Source of the DNA: Candidatus Staskawiczbacteria bacterium
Lineage (GTDB): Bacteria > Patescibacteriota > Minisyncoccia > Minisyncoccales > Staskawiczbacteraceae
DNA: 64,000 bases
Direction of reading: 5' to 3'
Assembly (NCBI GenBank): GCA_026395295.1
Contig: JAPLYZ010000012.1
Span: 65,299-129,298, forward strand
Shown here piece by piece: positions 6,918 through 16,470 of the stretch. The notes below the pieces were generated by a model. It made no database searches, had not been told where the DNA came from, and saw only the letters and a list, made by a program, of their open reading frames with translations. How positions within the stretch are numbered: the stretch's first letter is position 1; the number at the start of each line of letters is the position of its first letter. Made by a program: the position numbers and the translations under genes.

Positions 6918-8537
6918 ATGCCGAAAAAAGTATTGATAGTAATTCCCAACGATTTTCGTGGACCTCCGCGGGAACGTTTCAAAAAGGCCCAATGGCAGGA
7001 CGCTCGGGACTTCGCCGGCAAGGTGGAGTCGCTCGGGTACCAAGCCGTGGTGTTGGAAGAAGATCTCATCGAGCCCAGGGCTACGTATGAGTCTGTCAGC
7101 TCGGCCATTGAAACCCACAAGCCTGTGGCGGTTGTGTCGCGCAGCTACCTTTGGGCAGACCCGCCCATTGGTCACGCAATTCAGCTCGCCACCCCGTCAG
7201 ACGTTTTCCTGGGCAATTCTGCCTATACTGCTCCGGTTGGCGCCAAATTGGGTGAAGCGCCGGGCGAAGTATTCATGTTGCACGACACCTGTGTCGCGCG
7301 CATGACCGGCAGACACCAAGAACGCCTGATTGGTCCGCTGTCGGGCAATGGCGAAGAGCAACTCATGAGTGACCTGACCGAATTCCTGAGTAATGGCAGG
7401 ATTACCTCCAACGTGGACTTTCCCAACTTCAAACTGCCAATCCAGCGGAGCCACACGGCCATGGCTCGGACAATTCTCGCCGGGATGCGTGGTAATGTTA
7501 TGGCAACCACCGGCGGTCACTGCATGGGAATGTTGCCCTGCCACATTAATGTGCCGTATCACTGCGGCCAGAACGGCTGGGGAATGAACATCCCCATAAT
7601 CTCGCCCGACCTCTTTGACTGGAACAAGAGATTCGAGGCAAAGCGAGACCACTACATGATGTTGGGCTTTGCCTATGTGCAATGGCTCATTGCCAAGGGC
7701 GTCAAGTTCCTGTTCCAAAACGACTGGGACGGCAATTCTCTGCCGGCCGATGAACAAGACTACGACCTTGGTGTGGCAGCCAAGCAGATGGGATTTTACG
7801 CCGCAATGCTGGACATTGCGGCCGAGCGGAAAATCAAGATTCTGGGCATTCCTGCCCAGCTTATTATGACCGAGGGCCTGTTTTGCGGCGACCTTATCAA
7901 AGGCGTTGCCATGTCCTCAGAAGGTCCGGAAGGTCGCAAACATCCGCTTTTCTGGATGACCGAGGGCGACATGGACGGCGGGATTTCCCACTTTGTTTTG
8001 AACGCTGTCACCAAGGAAGCCCCGATCTTCTGCGACGTCCGCTGCCCGATTACCGAGTTGGGTCAAGGCGTGTGGATGATGTGCAACTTCGGTGCCGCGG
8101 GAATGGATGGAGCAGGTGGTTGGGATAAGTGCTATTCTGTTCGGCAATACAAAGGCTACTTTGGCGCCGGCGGAGGCACCTTCTCGTTCCTCAACCCGAA
8201 GAAGTCTTATGTGGTTGGTTTGCGCACGGGCGTTGACCAGCAAGGCATTTTTGGCACTGTTGCCATTGGCGAGACCGTGCAGTCTACCGACTACAATCAC
8301 GTTGTGGACGGCAGGTGGCCTCAATATAAGGTCCATCTCTTCGCCCAAGGTGGCAATCGGGAGATCTACCGGAAGATGGTAACAAATCACAAACACTTCG
8401 CGGCCTCTGCCACTCCGTTGGGCGACGCCTGTATTCTCGCCGAGACCGTCAGGCTTGCCGCGGGTGGAAAGCCTGATGACCCGACCGACAAGGCCGACCG
8501 CGTCAGCATTATCTACGACGGTCGCCCGACGAGTTAA
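6918..8537 (+). CDS. L-fucose/L-arabinose isomerase-family protein (sugar isomerase-like)
   Basis: 539 aa. The C-terminal half is patterned like FucI (FCDVR, NFGAAGMDG, YFGAGGGTFSF, RWPQ, TNHKHF). ~58-60% GC versus ~37% in the flanks. Confidence 0.5.
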   Translation: MPKKVLIVIPNDFRGPPRERFKKAQWQDARDFAGKVESLGYQAVVLEEDLIEPRATYESVSSAIETHKPVAVVSRSYLWADPPIGHAIQLATPSDVFLGNSAYTAPVGAKLGEAPGEVFMLHDTCVARMTGRHQERLIGPLSGNGEEQLMSDLTEFLSNGRITSNVDFPNFKLPIQRSHTAMARTILAGMRGNVMATTGGHCMGMLPCHINVPYHCGQNGWGMNIPIISPDLFDWNKRFEAKRDHYMMLGFAYVQWLIAKGVKFLFQNDWDGNSLPADEQDYDLGVAAKQMGFYAAMLDIAAERKIKILGIPAQLIMTEGLFCGDLIKGVAMSSEGPEGRKHPLFWMTEGDMDGGISHFVLNAVTKEAPIFCDVRCPITELGQGVWMMCNFGAAGMDGAGGWDKCYSVRQYKGYFGAGGGTFSFLNPKKSYVVGLRTGVDQQGIFGTVAIGETVQSTDYNHVVDGRWPQYKVHLFAQGGNREIYRKMVTNHKHFAASATPLGDACILAETVRLAAGGKPDDPTDKADRVSIIYDGRPTS

Positions 8538-8860
8538 GTCGGCATTACTGGTGAATTATATGTTTGCATGTCCCTTGCAGCGAAAGTTGCTCGGGACTTT
8601 TTATTGTGCGACCATATACAGATGTCGGGCTTCTGTAAAGTGCAAAACACGGATACTTTTAATTCTGCGGTCGCAGAATTCAGCGTATCTGACGCGTAAG
8701 GAGCATACACAGACTAAGTGAATACAAGGCAGGGCTTGATGTTTTTTTGCATATGTGATAAAATAATAATGCTCTTTTACAATTTACAGTATTAACCACA
8801 ACATCCGCCCGATAGGTCGGAGACTGACAAAATGAAAAGAACTCAATACGGAAAAGGACT

Positions 8861-9907
8861 ATGAAGACGACAATGAAACTGCTTTGGACCATTATTTTTA
8901 CGGTCACAGTGGCAATCAGCAACAGCGCCCAGGCTCAGTCGGAGCCTAAAACCCTGGAGCAGAAACTCGATAGCATTTTGACTATCTGGCCATCGGGGTG
9001 TCCGCTGACTCAGGAGAAACTGGACACTATGTTGGGTTATCCTGAGGCGGGTCACAAAAAGAAACCCGCAACATCCTCCATGTCTCTGATGAACGCCGCT
9101 CCGCCTCCGACACCGGGTGATCCCCCGAATACGACAAATTCAGAGTCGGTATTGCCGGAATTGGTGTCGTTGGAGAATAGTCTCTCCCCGTATGTTTTTT
9201 ACGGGTTCCCGGACTTTAGTTCGGGAAGTTGGCTGACCATCACTTTGCCCAACACCTATTTCCCGTGGCACCTCAACTCTTCTTACAAAGTGAACACAAA
9301 CGGTGTTCCCTCTGCCCAGAGTTATGCCCTGTCGGTGCAATACTCCAGATCGACCATCTATATCACGATGCTTTTGAACGATACCAATAAGTACGGGAAC
9401 AACGTTCCCTATTGGGTCAACTTTTGGAGTTACAATAGTATGACTTCGTCAGACCAGTCGACGTTCAGCGTCAATGACATAATCAAATTACAGCTGCCAT
9501 ACACGGAATCCGGCTGGACGCGTCATTCATATTACCTGCCAGCAACCAGGGATATAACGAACAAGTTTTCGTGGACAATCCAGAAGTACTACTCTGGCAC
9601 CTATTTTACCCCATATATGGGGTTGGATGCGGTGCAACTTGTTCCTGTTCTCCCCGCAGGCAACGACCCGGATTTCAATATATCCCTGTCCGGGACAAAC
9701 GTGGTCGTCAAATGGTTGCAAAATCTGTTTCCGCCAAGCCAATGGAAACTTGCAGTGGCGACGAATGTCGTGGGACCATATTTGGTTGACACCAACTTGG
9801 TTCCAACAACGCTTGTCGTCACGAATAGTTTGGGTTCCAACTATTTTTCTGCAGTCACTTTGCCGGCGGTAGGTCCGCAGAAGTTCTTTCGGCTCGATAA
9901 GCCATAA
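8861..9907 (+). CDS. Secreted protein of unknown function
   Basis: Signal peptide KLLWTIIFTVTVAISNSAQA; ~50% GC; ends ...QKFFRLDKP. Confidence 0.6.
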   Translation: MKTTMKLLWTIIFTVTVAISNSAQAQSEPKTLEQKLDSILTIWPSGCPLTQEKLDTMLGYPEAGHKKKPATSSMSLMNAAPPPTPGDPPNTTNSESVLPELVSLENSLSPYVFYGFPDFSSGSWLTITLPNTYFPWHLNSSYKVNTNGVPSAQSYALSVQYSRSTIYITMLLNDTNKYGNNVPYWVNFWSYNSMTSSDQSTFSVNDIIKLQLPYTESGWTRHSYYLPATRDITNKFSWTIQKYYSGTYFTPYMGLDAVQLVPVLPAGNDPDFNISLSGTNVVVKWLQNLFPPSQWKLAVATNVVGPYLVDTNLVPTTLVVTNSLGSNYFSAVTLPAVGPQKFFRLDKP

Positions 9908-9931
9908 TCGGCTGTAGTGGTTACCATCATA

Positions 9932-9959
9932 CCCTCTCGAAAGAGCGGGCCCTTTTTTT
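9932..9959 (+). terminator. Probable terminator at the right edge of the high-GC block
   Basis: CCCTCT-cgaa-AGAG(c)GGG stem followed by CCTTTTTTT. Confidence 0.45.
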
Positions 9960-9968
9960 ACTTGCACT

Positions 9969-9996
9969 TTGAACAAATTTATTTTTGTAGTATAAT
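9969..9996 (+). promoter_or_regulatory. alaS promoter
   Basis: TTGAAC (9969-9974), 16-nt spacer, TATAAT (9991-9996), 10 nt before ATG 10007. Confidence 0.55.
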
Positions 9997-10006
9997 AATA
10001 AAATAC

Positions 10007-11746
10007 ATGAAATCATCTGAACTGCGTCAGAAGTTTTTGGAATTTTTTAAGAGCAGGGGACACGCGATAATTCCCAGCGCTTCTTTGATTCCGGAAAACG
10101 ACCCGACTGTTTTATTTACAACCGCAGGAATGCATCCGTTAGTTCCTTATTTGCTTGGAGAAAAACATCCTGAAGGGAAAAGATTGACCAGCTGTCAAAA
10201 ATGTATACGAACCGGAGATATTGATGACGTGGGTGATGACACTCACTTAACATTTTTTGAAATGCTGGGAAATTGGTCGCTAGGAGATTACTGGAAAGAA
10301 GATGCAATAAAATTTAGTTTTGAATTTTTGACAAAGGAACTGAAGTTGCCTTTGGAAAGATTGGCCGTGTCTTGCTTCGCAGGTGACAAAGACGCGCCAA
10401 AAGATGAAGAGTCGGCAAAAATTTGGGAATCGCTTGGGGTGAAAAAAGAAAGAATTGCATTCTTGCCAAAAGAAGATAATTGGTGGGGTCCGGCAGGAAA
10501 AACCGGTCCTTGCGGGCCGGACACAGAAATGTTTTATTGGAAATTAAACGACAAACCGACTCCAAAAATTTTTGACTCGAAAAATAAAAATTGGGTGGAA
10601 ATTTGGAACGATGTTTTTATGCAATACGTGAGGGATGAGAATGGAAACTATAATCCGGCAAAGCAAAAAAATGTTGACACTGGAATGGGCTTGGAAAGGA
10701 CGTTGGCTGTTATCAACGGCGCTGAAAATATTTATCATACCGATATGTTTGATGTCGCACATAAGAAATTACACGAGCTTTTAAAAAAAGAAAATCCTGC
10801 AAGTGAGAGAATAATTTTAGACCATATTAGGGCGGCAACATTTCTTTTGGCCGAGCATATTGAGCCATCGAATCTTGAGAGAGGTTACGTTTTGAGGAGA
10901 CTAATTCGCAGGGCAGTAAGACACGGAAAGCAAATTGGCATTGAGGGGCAGTTTTGCTCTAAAATTGCCAAAGCTGTAATAGAGATTATTGGTAATATTT
11001 ATCCTGAGATACAAAAAAATGAGAAATTTATTTTTGGACAATTAGACAAAGAAGAAAAAAAATTTGAAGGGACTTTGGAAAATGGATTAAGGGAATTTGA
11101 GAAGTTAGGAAAAATTTCTGGGAAAGATGCGTTTAATTTGTACCAGAGCTATGGTTTTCCAATTGAAATTACTTTAGAGTTGGCGAAAGAAAAAGGGGTT
11201 AATGTTAATTTGGCAGACTTTAAAAAAGAATTGGAAAAACATCAGGAGTTGTCGAGGACGGCAAGCGCAGGAATGTTTAAAGGGGGATTGGCCGATAATT
11301 CCGAGGAAACTACAAAGTTACATACAGCCGCGCACTTAATGCTGGCTGGTTTGAGGAAAGTTTTGGGAGAAGATGTTTTTCAAAAAGGAAGCAACATTAC
11401 AGCCGAAAGATTAAGGTTTGACTTTTCGCACAAAGAAAAAATGACCGGTGGACAAATAAAAGATGTGGAAAATTTTGTAAATGGTATAATAGAGAAAGAC
11501 CTCCCTGTGGCTTGCGAAGAGATGACAATAGAGAAAGCCAGAGAACTAAATGCCATGGGCGTTTTTGAGTCAAAGTATGGCCAAATTGTAAAAGTTTATA
11601 CTGTAGGAACAGGTGATAATGTGGCGAGCAGGGAAATATGCGGAGGGCCTCATGTGCAAAGAACAGGAATTTTAGGACACTTTAAAATACAGAAAGAGGA
11701 GAGTTCATCCGCCGGAGTGCGGAGAATTAAAGCTGTGTTAGAATAA
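10007..11746 (+). CDS. alaS: Alanine--tRNA ligase, short form (no C-Ala domain)
   Basis: FFKSRGH, FTTAGMHP, editing-domain HTAAHLMLAGL and CGGPHV. The internal ATG 10007 sits behind the promoter; track ORF start 9917 would read through the terminator and promoter. Confidence 0.85.
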   Translation: MKSSELRQKFLEFFKSRGHAIIPSASLIPENDPTVLFTTAGMHPLVPYLLGEKHPEGKRLTSCQKCIRTGDIDDVGDDTHLTFFEMLGNWSLGDYWKEDAIKFSFEFLTKELKLPLERLAVSCFAGDKDAPKDEESAKIWESLGVKKERIAFLPKEDNWWGPAGKTGPCGPDTEMFYWKLNDKPTPKIFDSKNKNWVEIWNDVFMQYVRDENGNYNPAKQKNVDTGMGLERTLAVINGAENIYHTDMFDVAHKKLHELLKKENPASERIILDHIRAATFLLAEHIEPSNLERGYVLRRLIRRAVRHGKQIGIEGQFCSKIAKAVIEIIGNIYPEIQKNEKFIFGQLDKEEKKFEGTLENGLREFEKLGKISGKDAFNLYQSYGFPIEITLELAKEKGVNVNLADFKKELEKHQELSRTASAGMFKGGLADNSEETTKLHTAAHLMLAGLRKVLGEDVFQKGSNITAERLRFDFSHKEKMTGGQIKDVENFVNGIIEKDLPVACEEMTIEKARELNAMGVFESKYGQIVKVYTVGTGDNVASREICGGPHVQRTGILGHFKIQKEESSSAGVRRIKAVLE

Positions 11747-11772
11747 AATTATAAATAATAAAATTTAAAATT

Positions 11773-13080
11773 ATGCCAAAAAAGATTTACGACATTAAAC
11801 CCCCTAAGGAAGTTTCTAAAACAGGAAAAGAATCTAAGAAAGAAATTTCCGGCGCTGTTAAAATTAAAAGACGCGCCAGCGCCACTCCTCATAGGCAGAA
11901 AAAAGAAAACCATTCGTCTAAGACCGGTTTTTGGCTGTATTTTTGGGTTGGCATTTCAATAATTATAATTGGAGTTGGAATTTATTTATTTTTTAGTTTG
12001 CCAAAGGCAAATATTGTTATTTGGCCAAGAGTGGAAACAATGAGCTTTAAGCAAACCATAACAGCCGATAAATCAGCTCAATCAGTTGACCTTGCCAAAG
12101 CAGTTATCCCTGTTCAATATCTTCAAGTTGCAAAAACAAACTCGCAGAATTTTCCGGCTACCGGTAACGGAGCGGATGTTGGGCAGGCTTCCGGTACCAT
12201 AACAATATACAACAAATACAATCCGCCAATGCCTTTTAATTTCAAAGCAGGCACGCACTTTATGTCCGACTCAGGAAAACTTTTTGTTGCTTCGCAGAAA
12301 ATCACAATTCCAGCCGCCACAAAATCTGGTAGCAAAATTATACCCGGGACAGTTCAAGTGTCGGTTCAGGCAGTTGAAGGAGGAAGCAGTTATAACATAG
12401 CTCCTTCTAATTTTTCAATACCCGGATTAAAAGGCACGGCATATTATTATGGAGTTAGCGCCACATCGGAAAGCCCGATGACCGGCGGATATTCCGGTAA
12501 AGTAAAAAAAGTAACAGCCGACGACATTCAGGGAGCTAAAGATGTTTTGACTAAAAAAACCACATCCGACGCAGTAACCGCCTTGAAAAATCAGCTTTCT
12601 TCTGATTATATATTATTAGACAAGGCTATATTATCTAACACCACCAGCGCTTCAACTCAGACAAAGCCGGGAACAATTGCTGATAGTTTCAATTATCAGG
12701 TTGCCATTACCGCCAGCGCTTTGGCTTTCAAAAAATCTGACTTAGACAAGTTTGCCAAAAATTATATTATTTCCCAAATACCGGACGGGAAAACCTTACT
12801 TGATAAGAATTTTACGGCGAGCTACTTAACCGGAACAGTGGATGTTTCCGGAGGCAAAGCGGTTTTAAATTTAGATTTTTCATCGGGAGTGTATCAGAAC
12901 ATTAATAAAAATTCTATGGCGCTGTCCCTGCTTGGAGAAAATACAGACCAGATAAAAGCGACCATAAGCAGCAGCTTAGGAGGTCAGATTTCCAAGACGG
13001 AAATAAACTTTTGGCCGTTCTGGGTTTTTTCAGCGCCAAACAATCAGAACAAAGTTAACATAGAGCTAAAATTCCAGTAG
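11773..13080 (+). CDS. Membrane-anchored protein of unknown function
   Basis: 435-aa ORF; basic N-terminus then one TM helix (FWLYFWVGISIIIIGVGIYLFF); Ser/Thr-rich extracytoplasmic part. Confidence 0.6.
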   Translation: MPKKIYDIKPPKEVSKTGKESKKEISGAVKIKRRASATPHRQKKENHSSKTGFWLYFWVGISIIIIGVGIYLFFSLPKANIVIWPRVETMSFKQTITADKSAQSVDLAKAVIPVQYLQVAKTNSQNFPATGNGADVGQASGTITIYNKYNPPMPFNFKAGTHFMSDSGKLFVASQKITIPAATKSGSKIIPGTVQVSVQAVEGGSSYNIAPSNFSIPGLKGTAYYYGVSATSESPMTGGYSGKVKKVTADDIQGAKDVLTKKTTSDAVTALKNQLSSDYILLDKAILSNTTSASTQTKPGTIADSFNYQVAITASALAFKKSDLDKFAKNYIISQIPDGKTLLDKNFTASYLTGTVDVSGGKAVLNLDFSSGVYQNINKNSMALSLLGENTDQIKATISSSLGGQISKTEINFWPFWVFSAPNNQNKVNIELKFQ

Positions 13081-13130
13081 CTATTGACCTTTTAAAGTTA
13101 ATTTGCTAACATTATAAATTGTATATAGAG

Positions 13131-13364
13131 ATGTCATCAAACGAAGGAAAAAAAGAACAGATTATAAAAAAAGAAGGAAGAGTCATAGAGGCTTTACCAA
13201 ACGCCTTTTTTAAGGTAGTATTAAGCGACGGGAAAGAAATTATGGGATTTTTGTCGGGCAAGATGCGGATGAACAGAATAACTATTTTGCCGGGAGACAG
13301 AGTTACCTTGGAAGTGAGCCCTTACGACGAAGGAAAAGGGAGAATCGTTTATAGGTTAAAATAA
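13131..13364 (+). CDS. infA: Translation initiation factor IF-1
   Basis: GRVIEALPNAFFKVVL..G....FLSGKMR.NRI.ILPGD.V..E.SPYD..KGRI.YR; first ATG in track ORF 13119..13364. Confidence 0.9.
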   Translation: MSSNEGKKEQIIKKEGRVIEALPNAFFKVVLSDGKEIMGFLSGKMRMNRITILPGDRVTLEVSPYDEGKGRIVYRLK

Positions 13365-13379
13365 TTTTTTTTTACAAAA

Positions 13380-13496
13380 ATGAAGGTAAGACCATCAATC
13401 AAGAAAATTTGTAACGACTGTAAAATCGTCAGGAGAGAGGGGAGACTTTATGTTATTTGTAAAAAAAATCCCAAGCACAAGCAACGCCAAGGATAA
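13380..13496 (+). CDS. rpmJ: 50S ribosomal protein L36
   Basis: Read by eye (below the track cutoff): [38 protein letters not shown]. Confidence 0.9.
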   Translation: MKVRPSIKKICNDCKIVRREGRLYVICKKNPKHKQRQG

Positions 13497-13523
13497 AGCA
13501 TATTTAAATATTTAAATTTTTTC

Positions 13524-13913
13524 ATGCCACGTATAGCAGGGGTAAATATACCCGAAAACAAAAGAATAGAAATTTCATTGACCTACATTTATGGAGTAGG
13601 CAGGTCTTTGAGTAAGAAAATTTTGGATGAATTAAAAATAGATATAAATAAAAAAGCATCTGACTTGTCACCGAAAGAAGTCAACGATTTGAAAGACTTT
13701 ATTGAAAAAACTTATAAAATTGAGGGAGATTTGAGAAGACAAGTTATGATAAATGTTAAAAGATTAAAAGACGTAGGAGCATGGAGGGGTTTGAGACACA
13801 TGAAAGGATTGCCGGTAAGAGGTCAAAGGACCAAAACAAACAACAGAACAGTCAGAGGAAACGTTAGGAAAACAATGGGTTCGGGCAGGAAACCACCGGC
13901 AGCGCCAACCTAA
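13524..13913 (+). CDS. rpsM: 30S ribosomal protein S13
   Basis: MPRIAGVNIPENKRIEISLTYIYGVG ... GLPVRGQRTKTN. Confidence 0.95.
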   Translation: MPRIAGVNIPENKRIEISLTYIYGVGRSLSKKILDELKIDINKKASDLSPKEVNDLKDFIEKTYKIEGDLRRQVMINVKRLKDVGAWRGLRHMKGLPVRGQRTKTNNRTVRGNVRKTMGSGRKPPAAPT

Positions 13914-13942
13914 CGAAAATTTAAATATTTAAAAATTTAAAG

Positions 13943-14434
13943 ATGGGAAAAAAACACGTTATAGAAACAAATCAAGAAGAATTAATAAAAGAGCAGGAGA
14001 AAATCAATAAAGCGGTTGGGAAGGATGCCAAGGCCTCTGCAACTCCTTCTGCAAAGCCAGAAGATAAGCCAGTTAGAGTGGCAGGTTCAGGGTCGGGAAA
14101 AATTTATATTGCTTCTTCTTACAATAATACAATATTAACTCTTACAAATTCAAAGGGGCAAGTTTTAGCCTGGAAATCGGCGGGATCAGTAGGATTTAAA
14201 GGAACAAAAAAATCAACATCTTTCGCCGCGTCAAGAGTTGCCGAAGCTATAGCTAATATCTGCAAGAAGACAGGCGTTGTTGATAAGATAGAGGTGTTAG
14301 TAAAAGGCATAGGAGCAGGACGCGAGTCAGCTGTGAGAGCATTAATAACACAAGGGCTGAATGTTGTTTCCATAAAGGATATAACACCGATTCCGCACAA
14401 CGGATGCCGGCCAAAAAAAGTAAGACGAGTATAA
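13943..14434 (+). CDS. rpsK: 30S ribosomal protein S11 (N-terminally extended)
   Basis: IYIASSYNNTILTLTN..G....WKSAGSVGFKGTKKST.FAA, GIGAGRESA.RAL, ITPIPHNGCRP.K.RR; ~45-aa extra N-terminus. Confidence 0.9.
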   Translation: MGKKHVIETNQEELIKEQEKINKAVGKDAKASATPSAKPEDKPVRVAGSGSGKIYIASSYNNTILTLTNSKGQVLAWKSAGSVGFKGTKKSTSFAASRVAEAIANICKKTGVVDKIEVLVKGIGAGRESAVRALITQGLNVVSIKDITPIPHNGCRPKKVRRV

Positions 14435-14441
14435 AATAATT

Positions 14442-15071
14442 ATGCGATACGATCAATGTAAAACTTGCAGACGGTTGGGACAAAAACTCTTTTTGAAGGG
14501 CGAGCGTTGTCTTTCACCGAAATGCGCCATGATGAAGAGGGCATTTGCTCCAGGACCTCAGAAAAAAAGAAGAGGAGGATCTCCGTCAGAGTATAAAAAG
14601 TCATTGGATGAAAAACAGACCCTGAAAAAATGGTATGGACTTTCTGAAAGGCAATTTAAAAGATATGTGAAGGAAACCCTTGAGAAAATGGATAAAGTTG
14701 ACGATGTTTCAGCAGAACTTATCAGAAGGCTGGAAAAAAGACTGGACAATGTTATTTTCAGGCTTGGGTTTGCCAAATCCAGAGTACAGGCAAGGCAAAT
14801 GGTTTCTCACGGCTATTTTTTAATAAATGGAAAACCGGTTAACATACCGTCATATAAAGTGGAGAAAGACGACTTAATCGCCGTAAAAGAAAATAAAAAA
14901 GCAAAAGGCACGTTTAAGAATTTGGCGGAAGAATTGAAAAGAAAAGAAATACCTGTATGGTTATCCCTGAACAAAGAAAAATTAGAAGCAAAAACTATCG
15001 GAGAGCCAAACTTAGATGAAGTTAAGCCTCCGGCAGAAATTTCATTAATATTCGAGTTTTATTCACGCTAA
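14442..15071 (+). CDS. rpsD: 30S ribosomal protein S4
   Basis: CK.CRRLGQKLFLKGERC zinc-ribbon-like N-terminus and S4 domain RLDNVIFRLGFA.SR.QARQMVSHG. Confidence 0.95.
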   Translation: MRYDQCKTCRRLGQKLFLKGERCLSPKCAMMKRAFAPGPQKKRRGGSPSEYKKSLDEKQTLKKWYGLSERQFKRYVKETLEKMDKVDDVSAELIRRLEKRLDNVIFRLGFAKSRVQARQMVSHGYFLINGKPVNIPSYKVEKDDLIAVKENKKAKGTFKNLAEELKRKEIPVWLSLNKEKLEAKTIGEPNLDEVKPPAEISLIFEFYSR

Positions 15072-15145
15072 ACTACTAATTTACTAATTTTTACGAATAT
15101 ACTAACACGTATTCGTATATTAGTAGTTATTAGTAATTTAGTAGT
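15072..15145. promoter_or_regulatory. Nested AT-rich inverted repeats filling the rpsD-rpoA spacer
   Basis: ACTACTAATTTACTAAT (15072-15088) versus ATTAGTAATTTAGTAGT (15129-15145), 15/17 complementary; inner ACGAATA/TATTCGT (15093-15099 / 15110-15116). Confidence 0.3.
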
Positions 15146-15150
15146 AACAA

Positions 15151-16113
15151 ATGATTCCTCTTCCATTGCCACCAAAAGTAATTCAAAAGAAGAAAAATCA
15201 GGCGGTTTTTGAAGTAGAAGGATTATATCCAGGATACGGCGTGACTATTGGAAACGCCCTGAGAAGGGTTTTAATGTCATCTTTGCAGGGAGCGGCAATA
15301 ACAGAAGTTAAGATAAAAGGAGCCTCGCATGAATTTTCAACAATGCCCGGAATTTTGGAAGACACCATAATGATACTTTTGAATATAAAGAATTTAAGGT
15401 TTAAAATTTTTGAAGGAGAGTCGCAAAAAATTCAATTAAAAGCAAAAGGAGATGGCAAGGTAACGGGGGCAGATTTTAAGTGTCCTCCGCAGGTAAAGCT
15501 GGTAAACCCCGAATTGCATATTGCCACAATCACAGATAAAAAAACAGAATTGGAAATTGAAATTCAAGTTGAAAAAGGAATTGGATATGTTCAAAAAGAT
15601 CAATTGAAAATTGGAAAACCGGCATCTAAGCCGGAAATTGGAGCTATTGCAGTGGATGCCATTTTTACTCCGATAAGAAACGTTAATTTTCAAATTGAAA
15701 ATATGCGTGTGGGAGACAGAACTGACTTTGACAGGCTTAGTTTGGAAATTGAGACAGACGGCACAATTACCCCGGAAGAAGCATTTTTTGAAGCTTGTGA
15801 CATTTTGATAAAACATTTCAACATTATTTTCGAAGGAAAAACTCCTGAAAAAGAAGCCAAAGAGAAAAAAGAAGCTTTGGTTGAAAAGTCATCGGAGGAA
15901 GGAGGAGATATAACCAAAACAGCGGTTGAAGATTTAAAATTAACCGGCAGAACCCTTAACGCTTTGCTGAATAACGGCGTTAAAACAGTTGGAGGAATTT
16001 TGAAGAAATCAGAGAAGAGCTTAGGCGAGTTAGAAGGCATGGGTGACAAGGCTCTTTCAGAAATAAAGAGAAAAATAAAAAAATTAGGATTAGAATTAAA
16101 AGGAGAGGAATAA
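15151..16113 (+). CDS. rpoA: DNA-directed RNA polymerase subunit alpha
   Basis: GYGVTIGNALRRVLMSSL N-terminal domain; C-terminal HhH domain (DLKLTGRTLNALLNNGVKTVGGIL); canonical position. Confidence 0.95.
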   Translation: MIPLPLPPKVIQKKKNQAVFEVEGLYPGYGVTIGNALRRVLMSSLQGAAITEVKIKGASHEFSTMPGILEDTIMILLNIKNLRFKIFEGESQKIQLKAKGDGKVTGADFKCPPQVKLVNPELHIATITDKKTELEIEIQVEKGIGYVQKDQLKIGKPASKPEIGAIAVDAIFTPIRNVNFQIENMRVGDRTDFDRLSLEIETDGTITPEEAFFEACDILIKHFNIIFEGKTPEKEAKEKKEALVEKSSEEGGDITKTAVEDLKLTGRTLNALLNNGVKTVGGILKKSEKSLGELEGMGDKALSEIKRKIKKLGLELKGEE

Positions 16114-16114
16114 A

Positions 16115-16465
16115 ATGCGAAAGTTAAACAAAGGCAGAAAATTATCAATGAGGGTTGGGCCAAGAAAGATGCTCTTTAGGGTATTGGTTAATAATTTTTT
16201 ATTACATGAAAAAATAAAAACCACCGAGGCTAAGGCAAAAGAGTTAAGATCTATTGCCGAGAAAATGATTACAAGGGCCAAAAATGTAAATTTGGCTAAT
16301 CGCAGGTTGCTGGCGCGAGAGTTGACGCCGGATCTTACAAAAAAAATAATTGACGAAATAGCGCCCCGATATAAAGAAAGACAGGGCGGGTACACAAGAA
16401 TAATGAAATTGGGGCCTCGCAATTCCGACGGAGCGCACATGGTAATAATAGAGCTTGTGAAATAA
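16115..16465 (+). CDS. rplQ: 50S ribosomal protein L17
   Basis: KTTEAKAKELR ... GGYTRIMKLGPR.SD; follows rpoA. Confidence 0.9.
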   Translation: MRKLNKGRKLSMRVGPRKMLFRVLVNNFLLHEKIKTTEAKAKELRSIAEKMITRAKNVNLANRRLLARELTPDLTKKIIDEIAPRYKERQGGYTRIMKLGPRNSDGAHMVIIELVK

Positions 16466-16470
16466 ATAAA

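Noticed and set aside
6840-8396. Long antisense and alternative-frame ORFs across the fucose-isomerase-like gene (e.g. 6840-7175, 7197-7757, 7917-8396 minus; 6958-7305, 7883-8128 plus)
   Set aside because: They lie entirely within a 58-60% GC gene, where stop codons are rare in all frames. Their translations are Arg/Pro/Gly-rich low-complexity sequence with no motifs. The 539-aa sense ORF explains the region.
9917-10006. N-terminal extension of alaS suggested by the ORF track (start 9917)
   Set aside because: The extension would read through a terminator-like hairpin and a TTGAAC-16-TATAAT promoter. The canonical AlaRS N-terminus (MKSSELRQKFLEFFKSRGH) starts at ATG 10007.
10007-11746. AlaRS of only 579 aa as a possible truncated pseudogene
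   Set aside because: The catalytic, tRNA-recognition and editing motifs (HxxxH, CxxxH) are all present, and the ORF ends cleanly before the next gene. The missing part corresponds to the dispensable C-Ala domain, which is plausible for a reduced genome.
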